A stretch of 64,000 nt of DNA, taken from contig CM059447.1 in the NCBI GenBank assembly GCA_030390025.1, forward strand, positions 19,096,001-19,160,000, given 5' to 3'. The position numbers and the translations under genes were made by a program. Origin of the DNA: Squalus acanthias. Its lineage: Eukaryota. Shown one piece after another: positions 1 to 12,879 of this stretch (within the stretch, counting starts at the first letter, position 1; each line of letters begins with the position of its first letter). The notes under the pieces were generated by a model. That model was not told the DNA's origin, ran no database searches, and was given only the letters and a program-made list of their open reading frames with translations.

Positions 1-446
1 GCTCCAGCCCGTTTAAGATGGGAGTTCTGGCCAGCAAGATTAATGTCCCGTGGAAAGTCAGGCCAGTTGTAGAAGTACTGGTGAGTGGAACAGACATTTT
101 ATATTCCACCCACTATTTCCCTGGTTTTAAATGCCAACAAATATATGATGATGAAAATTGCTTTCAGTCTCAAACAAGAAAAAGCCAAAGTAAATAAATG
201 AACCAAAACTGCTGTCAGCTTGTCAGTGATTTACAAGGAGAATCAGCTTTTTTCCCCACTGGGATTGGAAGGTACTAGTATCAACCAATCAGCCCCAGTA
301 CTTGGAAGCAATTTATCAATCAGACGTTACTTGTTTCACCATTAGTTGTGTACAAACTTGAGGCAGAAGTGTTTTCAAATAAGCTGATGGTTTCTGAGCA
401 CTGCAATTACAGGTATGTTCATTTAGCATTTGTCCCTGAAGAATTT

Positions 447-567
447 GGGGCTGAATTCCATCAATCTCCCACCATAACTCCACCGAAAGACCAGCAGAAT
501 GCCCAGGGAAACAGCATAAACAGCTGACCCATGGAAGCCAGTGGAACCACCGTGGAATTTCAGTCCC
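447..567. mobile_element. Short GGG-terminated MITE (degenerate)
   Basis: Ends ggggctgaattcca / tggaatttcagtccc form an imperfect TIR. Confidence 0.5.
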
Positions 568-2270
568 ATTTTATATATATAAAAAACAAAACCAGTTGCA
601 GAAGCTTTCCTCCCAATTGACCACTTACCATGCATCACAAAGCTCAATATAGGTTACAGCTGCCTTGTGGCTCTCTGCAACCATTTTTTCTTCTTCCAGT
701 AATCTTTTTAAGGTTACTAACCTGGATGGTTGACTTTATTTTTCATTACATACTTCATTTATTTTTTTTGAAATATGAAGTAATTGTCCTATGATATTCT
801 CTTCTCCTTTCACTCTCTCTGACACTAATTATTATACACTACGGAGGCAGGTCACCAATGGATTCAGTGAAGTGATGCGAGTCACAACGATGAAAGCAGC
901 AATGATTGAAAAATTAGTTGGGAGCTATTAGATAACTTGTGCAGCACAATTCTCAGTATAAAATAGTTAAAGGAACATTCTAGGGAAAATCAACTTCAAA
1001 ACAACGGCAACATCATGCTGTAAAAAAAAGTAAATTAGAATTATGAGCCTTCTCTTACAAACTTGGAGTTTATTAATATAGAAAATTAAATTTAACATTA
1101 CTTTTCTTTATTTTTTAACTAAAGTACTTCTAACAAATCAGGACTGCCGCAATCATTACTCAATTGTCGTGTTCAATTTAAGAGTGCCGCTTTCATTCTG
1201 TGGGGCAATTTTTAAACTTATTGCCAGAACTTAGAACTGGCATTATTGCAGGTTGGCCAACCATTATAGAAACCTATTGACAATCTGTGGTTCTGGAATG
1301 GGCGCCTGTCCCACGACGGCAGTTTTACACAAGTTGAAAATTACCCTCCCTAACTTCAGCACTACTGTATTTCAGCAGAATGCTCAGCATCCATTGTTTT
1401 GATTATGCCTCTATGAAGCGCCTTGGGGCGGTTTTCTATGTTAAACGTGCTATATAAATGCAAGTTGCGGTTGATTTTTGTTTAACATACAAAATTTTAC
1501 ATGTGCCCAAATAAGGTCTCAAAGAAAGACAGCAATCAGGATGAGAGTTTTCAATGGAACCTGTTTTCAGGTACTGCAATCCTCAGTAACAACATGCTCA
1601 CAACAATGTATGTGAATTCTCATAGCCTCTAAAGTAGTTTGCTCAGAAATGTTGGGGATAGAGGTTAACGTTCGGGTGGCTGACTAGCGGAGTGGGGGGT
1701 GGGGGAGAGGCAAAGCAGAGCAGGCAAAACCAGGGTGGCAGCAGCCTGCAGTATATTTGTAGAGCCAGGAGTACACAGTTTTGGGGCTGTTTTTGGAGTG
1801 GCCAGCAGCAGTCTCTTTAAGGGCCGCTGGTTAAACCGTTCAATACCAGGACACCATGTATCTCTTAAAATAGGACCCAGATTTGCATAGTAAAAGGGGC
1901 CTACCACCCGAAACAGCAGGTGCTCCAGCCGCCCATTGAAATGTCCCTTTAAAAATGACGGTGGCCAAGGCATTTGCATTAATGGGGCAGTAAGTCTACT
2001 GACCACATTTTGAGGCCATTATCGCCTCGTTAATGACAATTTCGGCTGGATAAAAATGTCCCCATTATCCTTGGTTCAAGATTTCCATAAAGTATTGACA
2101 GAGATTTCCCCTCTAATTACTCCGTCTCTGGAGTGGGCTTGAATCAACAACTTTCGGACTCAGAAGTGAGAGTACTACCATTGAGCGAAGGCCGGCACCA
2201 AGCTGATCTAATTAGTAGGAAACTTGTTAGTTGTTAACAAGAACAAGCAACAAATATGGAGGTACAGGAA

Positions 2271-2455
2271 GACTGGGTAGTGAAGTGCACTGACCTTTCA
2301 CCTCTGGGGTCCGGGTTCAAATTCAGCCATGACCATTATGCCCAAAAATCCTCTGTCCTCAGCTCTAATGTCACGTGTGAAATTATATTGGGGCAGCTGC
2401 CACTCAATTCCTTGCGGGTGTAAGCCAATAGCACAAAATTGCCCATAATCCAGTA
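2271..2455 (+). mobile_element. Degenerate tRNA-headed SINE resembling LF-SINE
   Basis: cctttcacctct...ggttcaaattcagcc (B-box-like), then tgtgaaat..ttgg and cacaaaa blocks in the order recalled for the LF-SINE consensus. Confidence 0.45.
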
Positions 2456-3679
2456 CTCAGAGACCACAAGGACAGCTGTTGTAAGAAGTGGAACTAAGAG
2501 CTCTTTGATGAAAATGTAGATGCTACAGATCAATACTCTGATTTAGAATAGCAACACATTTCCAACTCAGCAACATCCTTTAATTATACTCCTAAATCTT
2601 TTGGAAGAAATATATTCATAATATTGACTAATATAAATATATTGTGTGGAGAGTAGCAAGAAATCAGTTTTAAATGATGTGCTAAAATTTATGAGTCTTT
2701 GCAAGAACTCAAAACTGTTGATTCCACTGCATGATTTAATTACTCAAGCATCTGCTGAAGAACAATTCAAACTAATACATTAAAGTCCATGTTAATCCAA
2801 GGATTCTTGAATCCTAATGCCTTGAAGAAAACAACTTATTGTTCAGACACACTGGACACTGTATACTGTATTTTTCAATTGCAGTGGGTACAAACCAATG
2901 GGTCCACTTCACCTGAAATATTATTTTCAAAGTAATTGTCAAAAAAGAGATTCCAGTATCTTGCATTCATTTTCCTGTTCACCAGGGGCATGGCAAGTGA
3001 TTATTAAGCTCTGACTCATCGTCCAATACCATTTTGAGCAACGGTGAATTTAATGGATTTAATAACAATACCGACTGTGGGCATAATTTACTCACAATGT
3101 ACCATAAAAAGTAATTTTACTTTGCGCTGCGGAAAATAAATGCAGATTTGAAAAAGAAAATGAAAAGACAGGTTTTAAGATGGTTTTACTGGGTACTGCA
3201 TGGCAGAAGCAGCAAAAAGATCAAACGAAACTGCCTTTGGCATCGCATCCAGTCCACCCATGATTTCTTCAGATGCATTTCCTAGGAGCACCCCATGTAT
3301 CCATTTTATAGATTTATGGTGAAGGCAAGTACACTTTTTTAAATTTTCGTAATTTATAATTAGACACTCTTAGATACAAGGCAAATTATTTCATCTGAGT
3401 AATCCTAGTGACTGAAAAAACCTCTCCAAAATATAAACAAACACACCTAAAGGCAGAATAATCTTCATCTTCACCACCATTTTAATAGGAGATAATGGGA
3501 CAGAAAATTAAGTGGCATTCCATCACGCCATTTCCTTGCCTATTTTCCTGCGATTTGGATTTTTCTCCAGAAGTGATCCCCATATGGGCAGTGGTAGTGA
3601 TGAACTGACCTCGTATGTCACATTTTCGGTCATTACCGCCTTAGCAATGCTGGACACTAACAATACCTGTAGACAGGAA

Positions 3680-4294
3680 GGGCTGGATTTTCAATGACCC
3701 GTGGAGTCGGGTTTGGAGGAGTGGGGGGGGTTAAAGTTGCAGATTCGGGGGTCCCGGCCCCATCCCGACTCCACGCAATTTTGACAAAATCGGTCGCAGG
3801 GTTCCCGACTCCAAGAGGCGGGAGAGGCCATTAAAGCCCTTAACAAGCCCTAAATTGGCTCTATAATGCCATTTTGAAACGTTTTAGCTAGTTTAACCAT
3901 TTTCTGACGTGAAGTACGCCTGATGTGAAACACGCCAGTGAAACCTGGCGTGAGCACAAGTGGATAGCTGACTATCAGCTGCAGGTCCACTATTACAAAA
4001 AAAATTCTCTCTCTCTCTCTCTCTGAGATGCTGCTCATTTTGCATCCAGGTTCTCTCACAGCAAAGGCCAGGCAATCTCTGAGACCAGGCAGTCTCTGAC
4101 CTGCAATGATGACATCATCAGAGGCGACTTTCAGACTGAAACCACTAATTGGTTCATGGGTTCCCACATGCTGGAACTCAATTGCCCAATTAAGTGAAAA
4201 TTGCATCAATCTCCCACATCCAATTGCAGGCGGGTGGATAACACGAAATGCGGATGACACGACCCCAACCCGCCCCAGTATCAAAATCCAGCCC
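3680..4294. mobile_element. PIF/Harbinger-type MITE
   Basis: Perfect 12-bp TIR gggctggatttt / aaaatccagccc; 3-bp TSD GAA on both sides; non-coding. Confidence 0.85.
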
Positions 4295-5388
4295 GAAGTG
4301 TCCACCGTAACCAAGGGAGGAAGTACAGCATCAAAATTTCAAATCAAGAAGGCAGGATGACTAGTCAATTGCAGCATAATGGAATGGCAACTCCAGACGG
4401 TAGATTTTGCTACTTCACACCAGGAATTTAATTTTTAAAATGAGTTTGCCTGCGGCCCTTAAGCTGGTGCATTTCCCAAGTGGCGAGCTCCTCCTTCCTC
4501 CGTGGTGAGCTCCCAAGTACAGGTGGGAATACCGCTGGGAGCTTGCCAAATCTATTTAAATTAGGCTGAACCTGGAGTCAATGGTGGGTTAGCCAAACTA
4601 ATGCTGGTAGACCTACCAAGAGGAAAATCGAGGCTTTATTTTGTTATTTAAAAAAATACTGAACAGTATTATGGACTTGCATTAAAAAAGAACAAGGTGA
4701 TCAGTTCTGGACTCAGAAGACAATAAACATTTTCTCAACCCTATGAAATTTCATACCAGAGAACGGAGAATTGCATTTCCACAGTAATAATTTACGACCT
4801 AGCTATTATGTCACACATTATTTTTCCATGCATGCACTTGGTAACCCCCAAAAAATTCCATTAGGATTATTCTCCATCCCCCCATAAAAATTTACCATAC
4901 TGTTCCGGAGAGGGATTAACAATATAACATTTCAGTTGATTGGGTGAGGGAGGATTATGTATAGCTTCTGCTTAGTGACTAAGGCTCCACAGATACCTTC
5001 AGTATATCGTACCATTAAAGGAAATCACATCATCATTCAAGCATGCTTCAGCAAATTAAAACTGAGAGTGCCGACTGCAGAGAAAACGCTAGAGAAAAGA
5101 TTTAACCAAGACAAACAGGGAATTTCAAACAGTGGCTCAATGAAAAACAACTTTTCAGTCAACTAGTAACCATGAAGTATAGTGTCCACTGCCAATTTAT
5201 TAAACCTGTAATGATATAAAAGAAAGTAGTACTTAGAGTTGATTGTTATTTTAGTGACCTGAACAGCAGCTCTAGAAAATGTATCATACTGCTGTAGGAT
5301 TCTTATACATTTTTTTAAATGAAGAGATGTATGGTTGGGCATTTAATAAGACAATCTCCATAGCCTATCATCAGGAATATCTCTACCA

Positions 5389-6455
5389 TTTTTTTTATTC
5401 ATGGGATGTGGGCATTGCTGGTATGGCCAGCATTTATTACCCATCCCTAATTGCCCTCAAGGAGGTGGTGAGCCGCCTTATACAAATGAGTGGCTTGCTA
5501 GGCCATTTCAGAGGGCAGTTAAGAGTCAACCACAATGGGCCGGATTTTCCGACCCCTACGGGTGCGTACGCACCCGTAGGGGCCTCGCAAGTACCGGTTT
5601 CAGGCATGCGAAGCACATGCGCTGAAAACCGGCACTTGCGATCTGTCAAGAATTCTCTTGACAGACCATCCGCCTGCCCGGGAAAAGTGCCTCTGCGGGT
5701 GGAGAGTTGCGCTTTTTGCACAACTTCCGCCCGCTGAAAGGCCATAGAATTCTTACGCCTGGTAAAAGCAAACGTAAGGCCTGCTTTTACCAGCTTAAGA
5801 GTGTTGAAAAATAGAAAAATTAAATTTGATAACTCATTTATAAATTTAAAATACTCTTCAAAAAAGTTTATTTTCAGCCCCGTAAAAACATTTTTTTTTA
5901 ATTCAAAAAATTTAAAATTATTTTTTTAATTAAATGGAGTTTTAATTCATTTTAATTATGTAATTTAAAAAAAATATATATATTTTAGTGTGTTTTTAAA
6001 TGTGATCCCCATTCATACTTTTGACAGTTCTGTCCCTACAGACCTGTCAAAAGTGTAAAGGGGGATTCCCTTCTTCCATTGGCTCCCCGTGATCCCAGGG
6101 GCGCTTGCGAACCACATGCACCCCTGGGATACGTGGGCCTCTGCGCATTTCCAACAGGAGAGGCCCAAGATCATAAGCCTCGGGCTCTATGGAACCAGCA
6201 GGGAGGTTCGTAGATTTTTTTCCGATCGGAAGCATCCGCCCGCAGGAAGCCTCCGATCGGAAATTCAGGGCCATTGGTCTGAAGTCCCGTATAGGTTAGA
6301 CCGGGTAAGGACGGCAGATTTCCTTCCCGAAAAGGACATTAGTGAAACAGATGGGTTTTTAACGACAATCCGGTAGTTTCATGGTCACCAATACTGGTAC
6401 TAGCTTTTTATTCCAGATTTATTTAATTAACTGAATTTAAATTCCCCAGCTGGAT
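5389..6455 (-). mobile_element. SINE-like element with LINE-derived 3' end, split by a MITE insertion
   Basis: Reverse complement matches 63592-64000 and 30387-30731; continuity is broken only by the 5537-6272 insert. Confidence 0.8.
5537..6272 (+). mobile_element. Hairpin-chain MITE, copy 1
   Basis: Imperfect TIR gggccggattttccga / tcggaaattcagggcc; homologous to 24158-24919; nested in a SINE. Confidence 0.85.
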
Positions 6456-7610
6456 CAGGAGTCATTGGCAATGCCTGGTGGGCTCCCAGCAGGAGTCCCG
6501 CTAAATTCCCACCAATGCTAAAAGGAGAATCCCGACAGTGCTGCAGAAGGGAAGCTGCTGCCACACCAGAACAGGCAGCAAGGGGCAGAAGCAGCTCGCA
6601 GACAGCACCAAGGCTCCCACTGAGCCAAGGTCTCCAGCAACTAAATGCTGGGGCCATATTGGAGAGGGGAGGTCATTACAAAGCCCCATCAATGGAAACG
6701 AAAATCAGGAGAGGTGTATGTACAACGGGCGGCCGATCCAACATCGCCCCGTTTACACCATCAGCAAAAGTGCTTCTTCCCTCCTCCCAACAGTCGGAGA
6801 TTTAAAACTCACCATTTAATGAATACACGGAAGACATCAGCATTTTTGTGTCTGATCCATGAGTAACCGTTTACTGCCAAAAATCAGTGCAAACTGAGCC
6901 TGTCACCCTTAAAAATGACCTCCTACCAGTAATGGAAGTGGATTCAAACTCTGTGTGCTATAGGTATATGCCACGACCGGAAACATTTCAAGTAGCAGCG
7001 GTATTCAGGTAGGTCTGGCATTGAGGGGTGAGAGAAGTCTAGATTGGTGTTTCGTGTGTGCGTTACTTATTGCTGCACCAGTTTTGCTTATATTATTGGA
7101 TAATTAAATGATTCACTTCAGTCATTTACCACATTAAGCTGCGCTATTATCTTCAACTGTGTAAGATTAGGAATTACGTGAATCACAGAATGTAAACATC
7201 ATCTACTATGATTTCCAGCATCCGCAGTATTTCGCTTTTGTGTCGTCTACTATGCTGTTGTTCCTATCAGCATTTTAATAGGTTGAGCAAGAGAGTAATT
7301 TTCCTTCACTGTAAATCATTTAGAATGGAACAATTAATTATGACCAAAATTATAGTGCTGATTCTGCTCCGAGGGATCCTTTAATCACTGTAAAATTGAA
7401 TCTTCTCATGGAGTCCAGTTCCAGCCAAATGCTGTCCTATGTTCCAAGCCTCACACTGTACTCAGCAATTAAACATTTCTTTAACTATTTTTTCCAAGAT
7501 TTCCATCCCTCCCCCAGTCAACTGTTGCTGAGGCAGCCATACAGATTTCTCATTCTCAGGCACCTCTCTCTGAAAGCCAGTCACTTGTCATTTAGGAGAG
7601 GTGTCAGTAT

Positions 7611-7795
7611 GGGGATAATTTTAACTTTGGTGATAGGGTAAAACAGGCGATATCAGTTTGGCTGCCTTTGTATCCCTCGCCAGATTTTCCTTTGTATTGA
7701 CCTCAATGGAAAGGAAAATCGGGCAAGGTGTATAACGGACAGCCGATGCCATATCACCCATTTCACACCAGCCACCAAAAGTTAAAATTATCTCC
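7611..7795. mobile_element. Foldback (whole-length palindromic) MITE
   Basis: Left and right ~90-bp halves are imperfect reverse complements (ggggataattttaactt / aagttaaaattatctcc); relatives at 6650-6795 and 56884-57057. Confidence 0.75.
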
Positions 7796-8105
7796 ACTCT
7801 CTCTGTTCTCACCCTCTCCCCTCCACCCCCACCCCCCCCCCCCGCTCCCATTCAATCAAAATGAGCCTGCATCATTCCAGCTTTAAATGTTAGCCCCTTT
7901 TTCAGTGAGAGTATGTCACTAATGTATCATTTTCCAGTAATCAAGATGAATGTCTCCTTAACTCAGGTTACAAATATGCCTGGCAATGCAATGCTCTAAA
8001 TACACCGTAAAGTTTCTCATCCCGCCTGTGCCGATGGGTGGCTACTGGACACAGCAATGTTGTATTTACGCAATACTCTAATACATATTAAAAGATCTCC
8101 CTTAC

Positions 8106-8194
8106 CCTGGTCGGACATAAGGCTGACAAATCCAGTGAGGGAGAGGCAAATGGTTTTCTCTCGCCTCTTCTTCCTTCCAATTAGATATTTCATC
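8106..8194 (-). CDS. DUS1L: DUS1L exon 10 (HWICQPY motif)
   Basis: DEISNWKEEEARENHLPLPHWICQPYVRP; AG/GT; 89 nt, phase 0-2; translated by hand. Confidence 0.93.
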
Positions 8195-9923
8195 CTACAG
8201 AAATCAGGAAACAGTTATAAACAATAAAGTTTGCCTTATGCACATCTTTGCATAGCATAATGCAAGAAAATTAGCACAAATGCTGTAAGTCCTTGTTTAT
8301 TAAGCAAGTCAAAACTATCCTCTTAATGGTAGATCACTTACTGTAAGTAAAATCTTCCTCTTGTTTGAGTGAAGTTCACCTCCACATACAAATAGGAAAG
8401 TGCCTCCGTGCACGAAGCAACAAAATCACTCTCAGGAACACAGTCACTTTAAATTACCCATATTTCTATTCAGGTGCCCGCCTCCCAACCTGGCTAATTC
8501 ACAGCCTCTTTCTAGCTTTCAAGACTGACACTTTCCTGACTCCGATATCAGTACTGTGGAGTCACTGAACTATATGCATTGGACCAACATTACTTAATCT
8601 GAACATAAGACTGTGTGTAGTCTCATCCCTTGTTCATATTCAAAATAGTTTGAGTTTCATAAACTCCAGAAGTAAGGACTGATATTTATGCCACTTTTCT
8701 TGGCCTATTTTCTCTCCTGTCCACCTTCTCTCCTGAACAATTTCTGATGAAGAGTTACACCTGAAATATTAACTTGTCTTTTCTCTTTCTAGATGCTGAA
8801 TGATCTGTGTATTTCCAGAAATTTCTATTTATTTATTATTTCTAACAATTTTTCTTTTTTATTCGTTTCCCCTCCCCCCTCTCTGTCACCTCCAGACTCG
8901 ACTATTCCAATGCTCTCCTGTATGGCCTCCCATCCACCACCCTTAAACCACACCAAGTCCCATTGTCCCATTCACCCGTGTTCGATGACCTACTTCGGCT
9001 CCTGGTCCCCTAACATCTCAAATTTAAAATTCTCATCCTTGTGTTAAAATCCCTTCATGGCCTCGCCCCCCTCCCTATAGCTTTACAACTCTGCCCCAAG
9101 AATATTACATTCTTCTGACTCTAGCCACTTGTGCATCCTCCATTTTCTTCACCCCAATTTTTCTTTTGGGGTGAAGAATGCTGGTCCAGCCATGTCTTCA
9201 GCTGTCCAGGCCCTACACTCTGGAATTTCCTCCCTATCACAGGCCAGTGAAACTATTAGGGGGGTTCTTATTTTGTTGTGACATTGTGTTCACACAGATA
9301 CCTCCTACACTAAGCAATTTTTATTCTACATTATATAATTATATATTACTTAAAAAATAAACACAGTTAAGAATTTTCACAAACAGCAATCTTATTCAAA
9401 ATGTGACAATGAAACTGAAATGCAGCTTCTCCTCCATCCAACCTCATGCTAATCTTAAAAGGATTAACGGCAGTTAGTACAATCAGTCGTTCTTATTTGG
9501 AAATGATGCCTGGTCACATGGTGCAACTCGCAACAGTCGAAAGCAGCTCCACTGTAAGATGGTACCACGTTGCTCTTAAAGCCAGAGCATTATATTAGAA
9601 AAAAGCTCTGGTCCGACTTGTCCCTTTTAAGGAATTTGGAGGGAAGATTTCCTTTTCAGCTGAGCTTGTATTATTGCTGGTCCAGCCTAATTTTACTCCA
9701 TAATATTATGTAGAGTCCTAACGTCATGGTCTATACATCTTTACATGAAAAGAACGTTTAACATGTCTCGAGAACATGTGTGTGTATAGTGCAATTTGCT
9801 TTACAGAATATATATCTACATTTCCCCTTGGATGAACCTGCAGGAGGGGTTCAGTTAAAATTTAGAAATTCTGATTGGGTCGAACAGCACAACCCCACTT
9901 AGGTTTGCCATGTTCTTGCATAC

Positions 9924-10020
9924 CTGACACTTCCGTTTAAGTTCTTTGTTGACCTCTGCAATGGCCTCCAGAGTCTTCACCTTTGCCAATTCCTCCCTCA
10001 ATTCGTGGTACACCTGCAGC
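9924..10020 (-). CDS. DUS1L: DUS1L exon 9
   Basis: [33 protein letters not shown]; AG/GT; 97 nt, phase 2-0. Confidence 0.95.
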
Positions 10021-12879
10021 CTGTGAAAACCAGAGATCATGATTCAGTACAATCCATTAGCTGCCGGGACAAGAGAAAGGGCAGTACACCAGAAGGTTCT
10101 ATTTTTAAAAGCATGATCACTAGTCCAGCTGGGAGAGTTTTACAGGATCATAAAAACAGAAAGCCAGCTGGCGGTGAAGCGTTCAGTATTCAGGAGCATG
10201 GGCTTCCCATCTTTGTGCATTTTGTAAAGTAAGGGTCAACACTTGATACACAAGCTGCACTTCTAATTTTAATAATGGCCTCAAGTTCACTTCAAATTCC
10301 AGATCATGCTGTAATGTTCTATTATCTCTGAGGCAGCTTATTAGATAAATCAAATCTGCAGATCAGCAAACTGACAGAAAATCCATCTAATCATACATCA
10401 GTACTATACTAGAGTTACTTCAGACTCCACTCCACGAGAACGACATGTACATAAGCCTGCTAACATCTGCACTCTACTAATGCATTCACATAATTATTCA
10501 AGGATCCAGTACTTCCCTCATTTCTTGTAGAATAAATGGAAAGATCATAATGCAAAATGAACCTCCCCCTTCCCCAAGAAGACGCCACTCTGACCTAAAA
10601 AAGCTATGACCAAGAAAAGGAGCTATCGTAACATTAATTCTAAAAGTAGATAAATATATTTATCAGCGAATTTCTTTTGTGCATGACTAGACTCCATCTA
10701 CACAAACAATGCGTCATTCACTTACATTAGCTCACAGGTCTGTAATTATCAAAAAAAAAGTTTTTTTTTTACATTAGAGGAGATTTGATTTTTAATTTTA
10801 TTACCACAGATCCATGGAGAATGACAGTTCAGCTTAAGCTAGTTTTTCACTTCATCTCAGGAACAATCAGAATCCTTTCCAGCCATGGATACCAATTGAA
10901 AGGCATCAGTGACTTGTCAATTCAGCATCGACCCTCAGTTATATTTTGGCTTCCACGTGTAGCTCCATAAATAAGAGCTACTGTCGCAATTTATCCATGA
11001 ATGATTTTTTTTCCTAAACTTGCCCAGGATAATTGGTTAATCCTGAAATGAAGTTGGCCCAAAGTCTTAAAACCATTAAAGAATTCTAAACAGTTTCACC
11101 AGACCACAAACAAGGATGTGTACAACAACTTACATTTATGCACCTTTAACGTAGTAAAATGACCCAAGGAGCTTCACGGAACGTACACTCAACAGTGGCA
11201 GTTTTACTGTTAAATAACCACTTTAGGATCTTTGCCTGGTGCACGGTATGGTGGGCACAATGGGGCCGTATTCACTTTTATTATAAAAGGACCTGCTACC
11301 TGCATGTCCTATGTCCTACCTGGGGGCATGCACTGGTAACATATGCAACATCCCGTGCAATCTAACACCCCAATGACATTGCCAATTGAAGACTGGAGCA
11401 GGCCCTATGCTGAAATTGCACTTCCAGATGCTAGTGTAGATCATATGCTTTCTGTGATCTAATCAGACTTGGTATAATGGATTTTATGGCAATATTGAGT
11501 CAGAGACAGTTCAAAGTAAATTCACGACATTTGTTTTAAATAACACTTTCCACCATAAATCACATACAATATCATTCAGACATAAACTCCTCCATTGAGA
11601 GACAGTAGTGAAAATAGAACATTTTCAATTTGAGTATGGCTTAGATTAAATCCATTTTCACATAAGTGAGGTACAATAGGTTAAACTTATTTTAGAGAGA
11701 CTGCAGCTGGAACACAGTAACAGCAACTTGCATTTCTATAGCGCCTTTAACATAGGAAAACGTCCCACGGAGCTTCACAAGAAGGTAATCAGACAAAAAT
11801 TGACACTGAGCTAAAGAAAGAGACATTAGGAACCACTTCACTGCCTCCCTGGCTTCAAAAGCCTTCTAAAACGCCACCTCTTCATCATGCCCTGGGTCAC
11901 ACCCCCTCCCCCTCAACTGTTCTTCAATTTCCTGCTCATTTACCACCTTTCTGCCATACTAAAGCCCAAAAAAAGATGTTTTCTTTTACATGAGGAGCAT
12001 TAAATAAATGCAAGTTGTTGCAGAATAAAAAGATTAGAACTTATCTACAATTTACAACAATTTTCAAGTCAAGTAATAATAGAACTATAAGAGTCTGTAC
12101 TTTTGAGTCAGGCTTAAAGGATAGGCTGTTTCAAAAGGGAGGAATATATAATCCAGTAGGATCTTTAATACACTTTGTACTTTAGATGTTAGACGTTATG
12201 CAGTATACTGTACTTGGGAGTAGTGCAGAACAAAAATGAAATTTGCATGACATCCAATAACCAAAGTATTGCTTGTGCTTTATTTACTACATAGGTTTTA
12301 AAAAAATTATTAGGCACTCTGATACACAAGGCACAGGGGAGCGATATTCCTTGCCATTTTTGGCTCATTGGCAGTGTATAAACAGCACAGAATTTTCTTT
12401 TCTGACAGGAAATTCCGCCATTAAAATGCTTCCCCCAGGTTCCTTGAGCTTTTCATCCTTCCCACAATCCGTATCGAGAGTCCCAATTTACCTCATTAAT
12501 ATTTATTAGAATGAAGGTCAGTGGTGCTGCAGCTCCGAGTTTCCTGGTTTTACACACTTAACGCACTCCAGGTAACTTAGACTGAGATTTATATGGTACA
12601 GCAGCTGCCAGAATCAACTGATACAGGTGAAAGTGAAGAGTTTTTGAGACAGAGTGTCTGAATAGCGAGTTCTGCTGCTGGGAACGATTTTTCCAGTGAT
12701 TTCACCCCCTCCCAAATCATTCTGCCGACAGAAACCGGGACTTACTTCTCACTGCTTCCAACAGGGTTAGACCAGCGGCAGATTTTCGCATTTCTCCTGA
12801 CCCACAGTGAGGGCTTCTTAGGAGCAACTATGGACATTCCCTTCTGTGCCAGTGTCATGGAGGAGAGAGTAAGGCAGCA

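Noticed and set aside
5279-5745. Overlapping 100-150 aa ORFs
   Set aside because: They straddle a SINE/MITE junction; GC-rich palindromic sequence lacks stops by chance; no protein motif.
1-8105. Remaining DUS1L 3' exons (basic region and C-terminal Cys-rich motif)
   Set aside because: No matching minus-strand coding segment found by eye; probably beyond the window edge.
8741-8825. ctgatga...gaaa hammerhead-like motif
   Set aside because: Degenerate pLTR remnant; helix II does not pair, so not called as a ribozyme.
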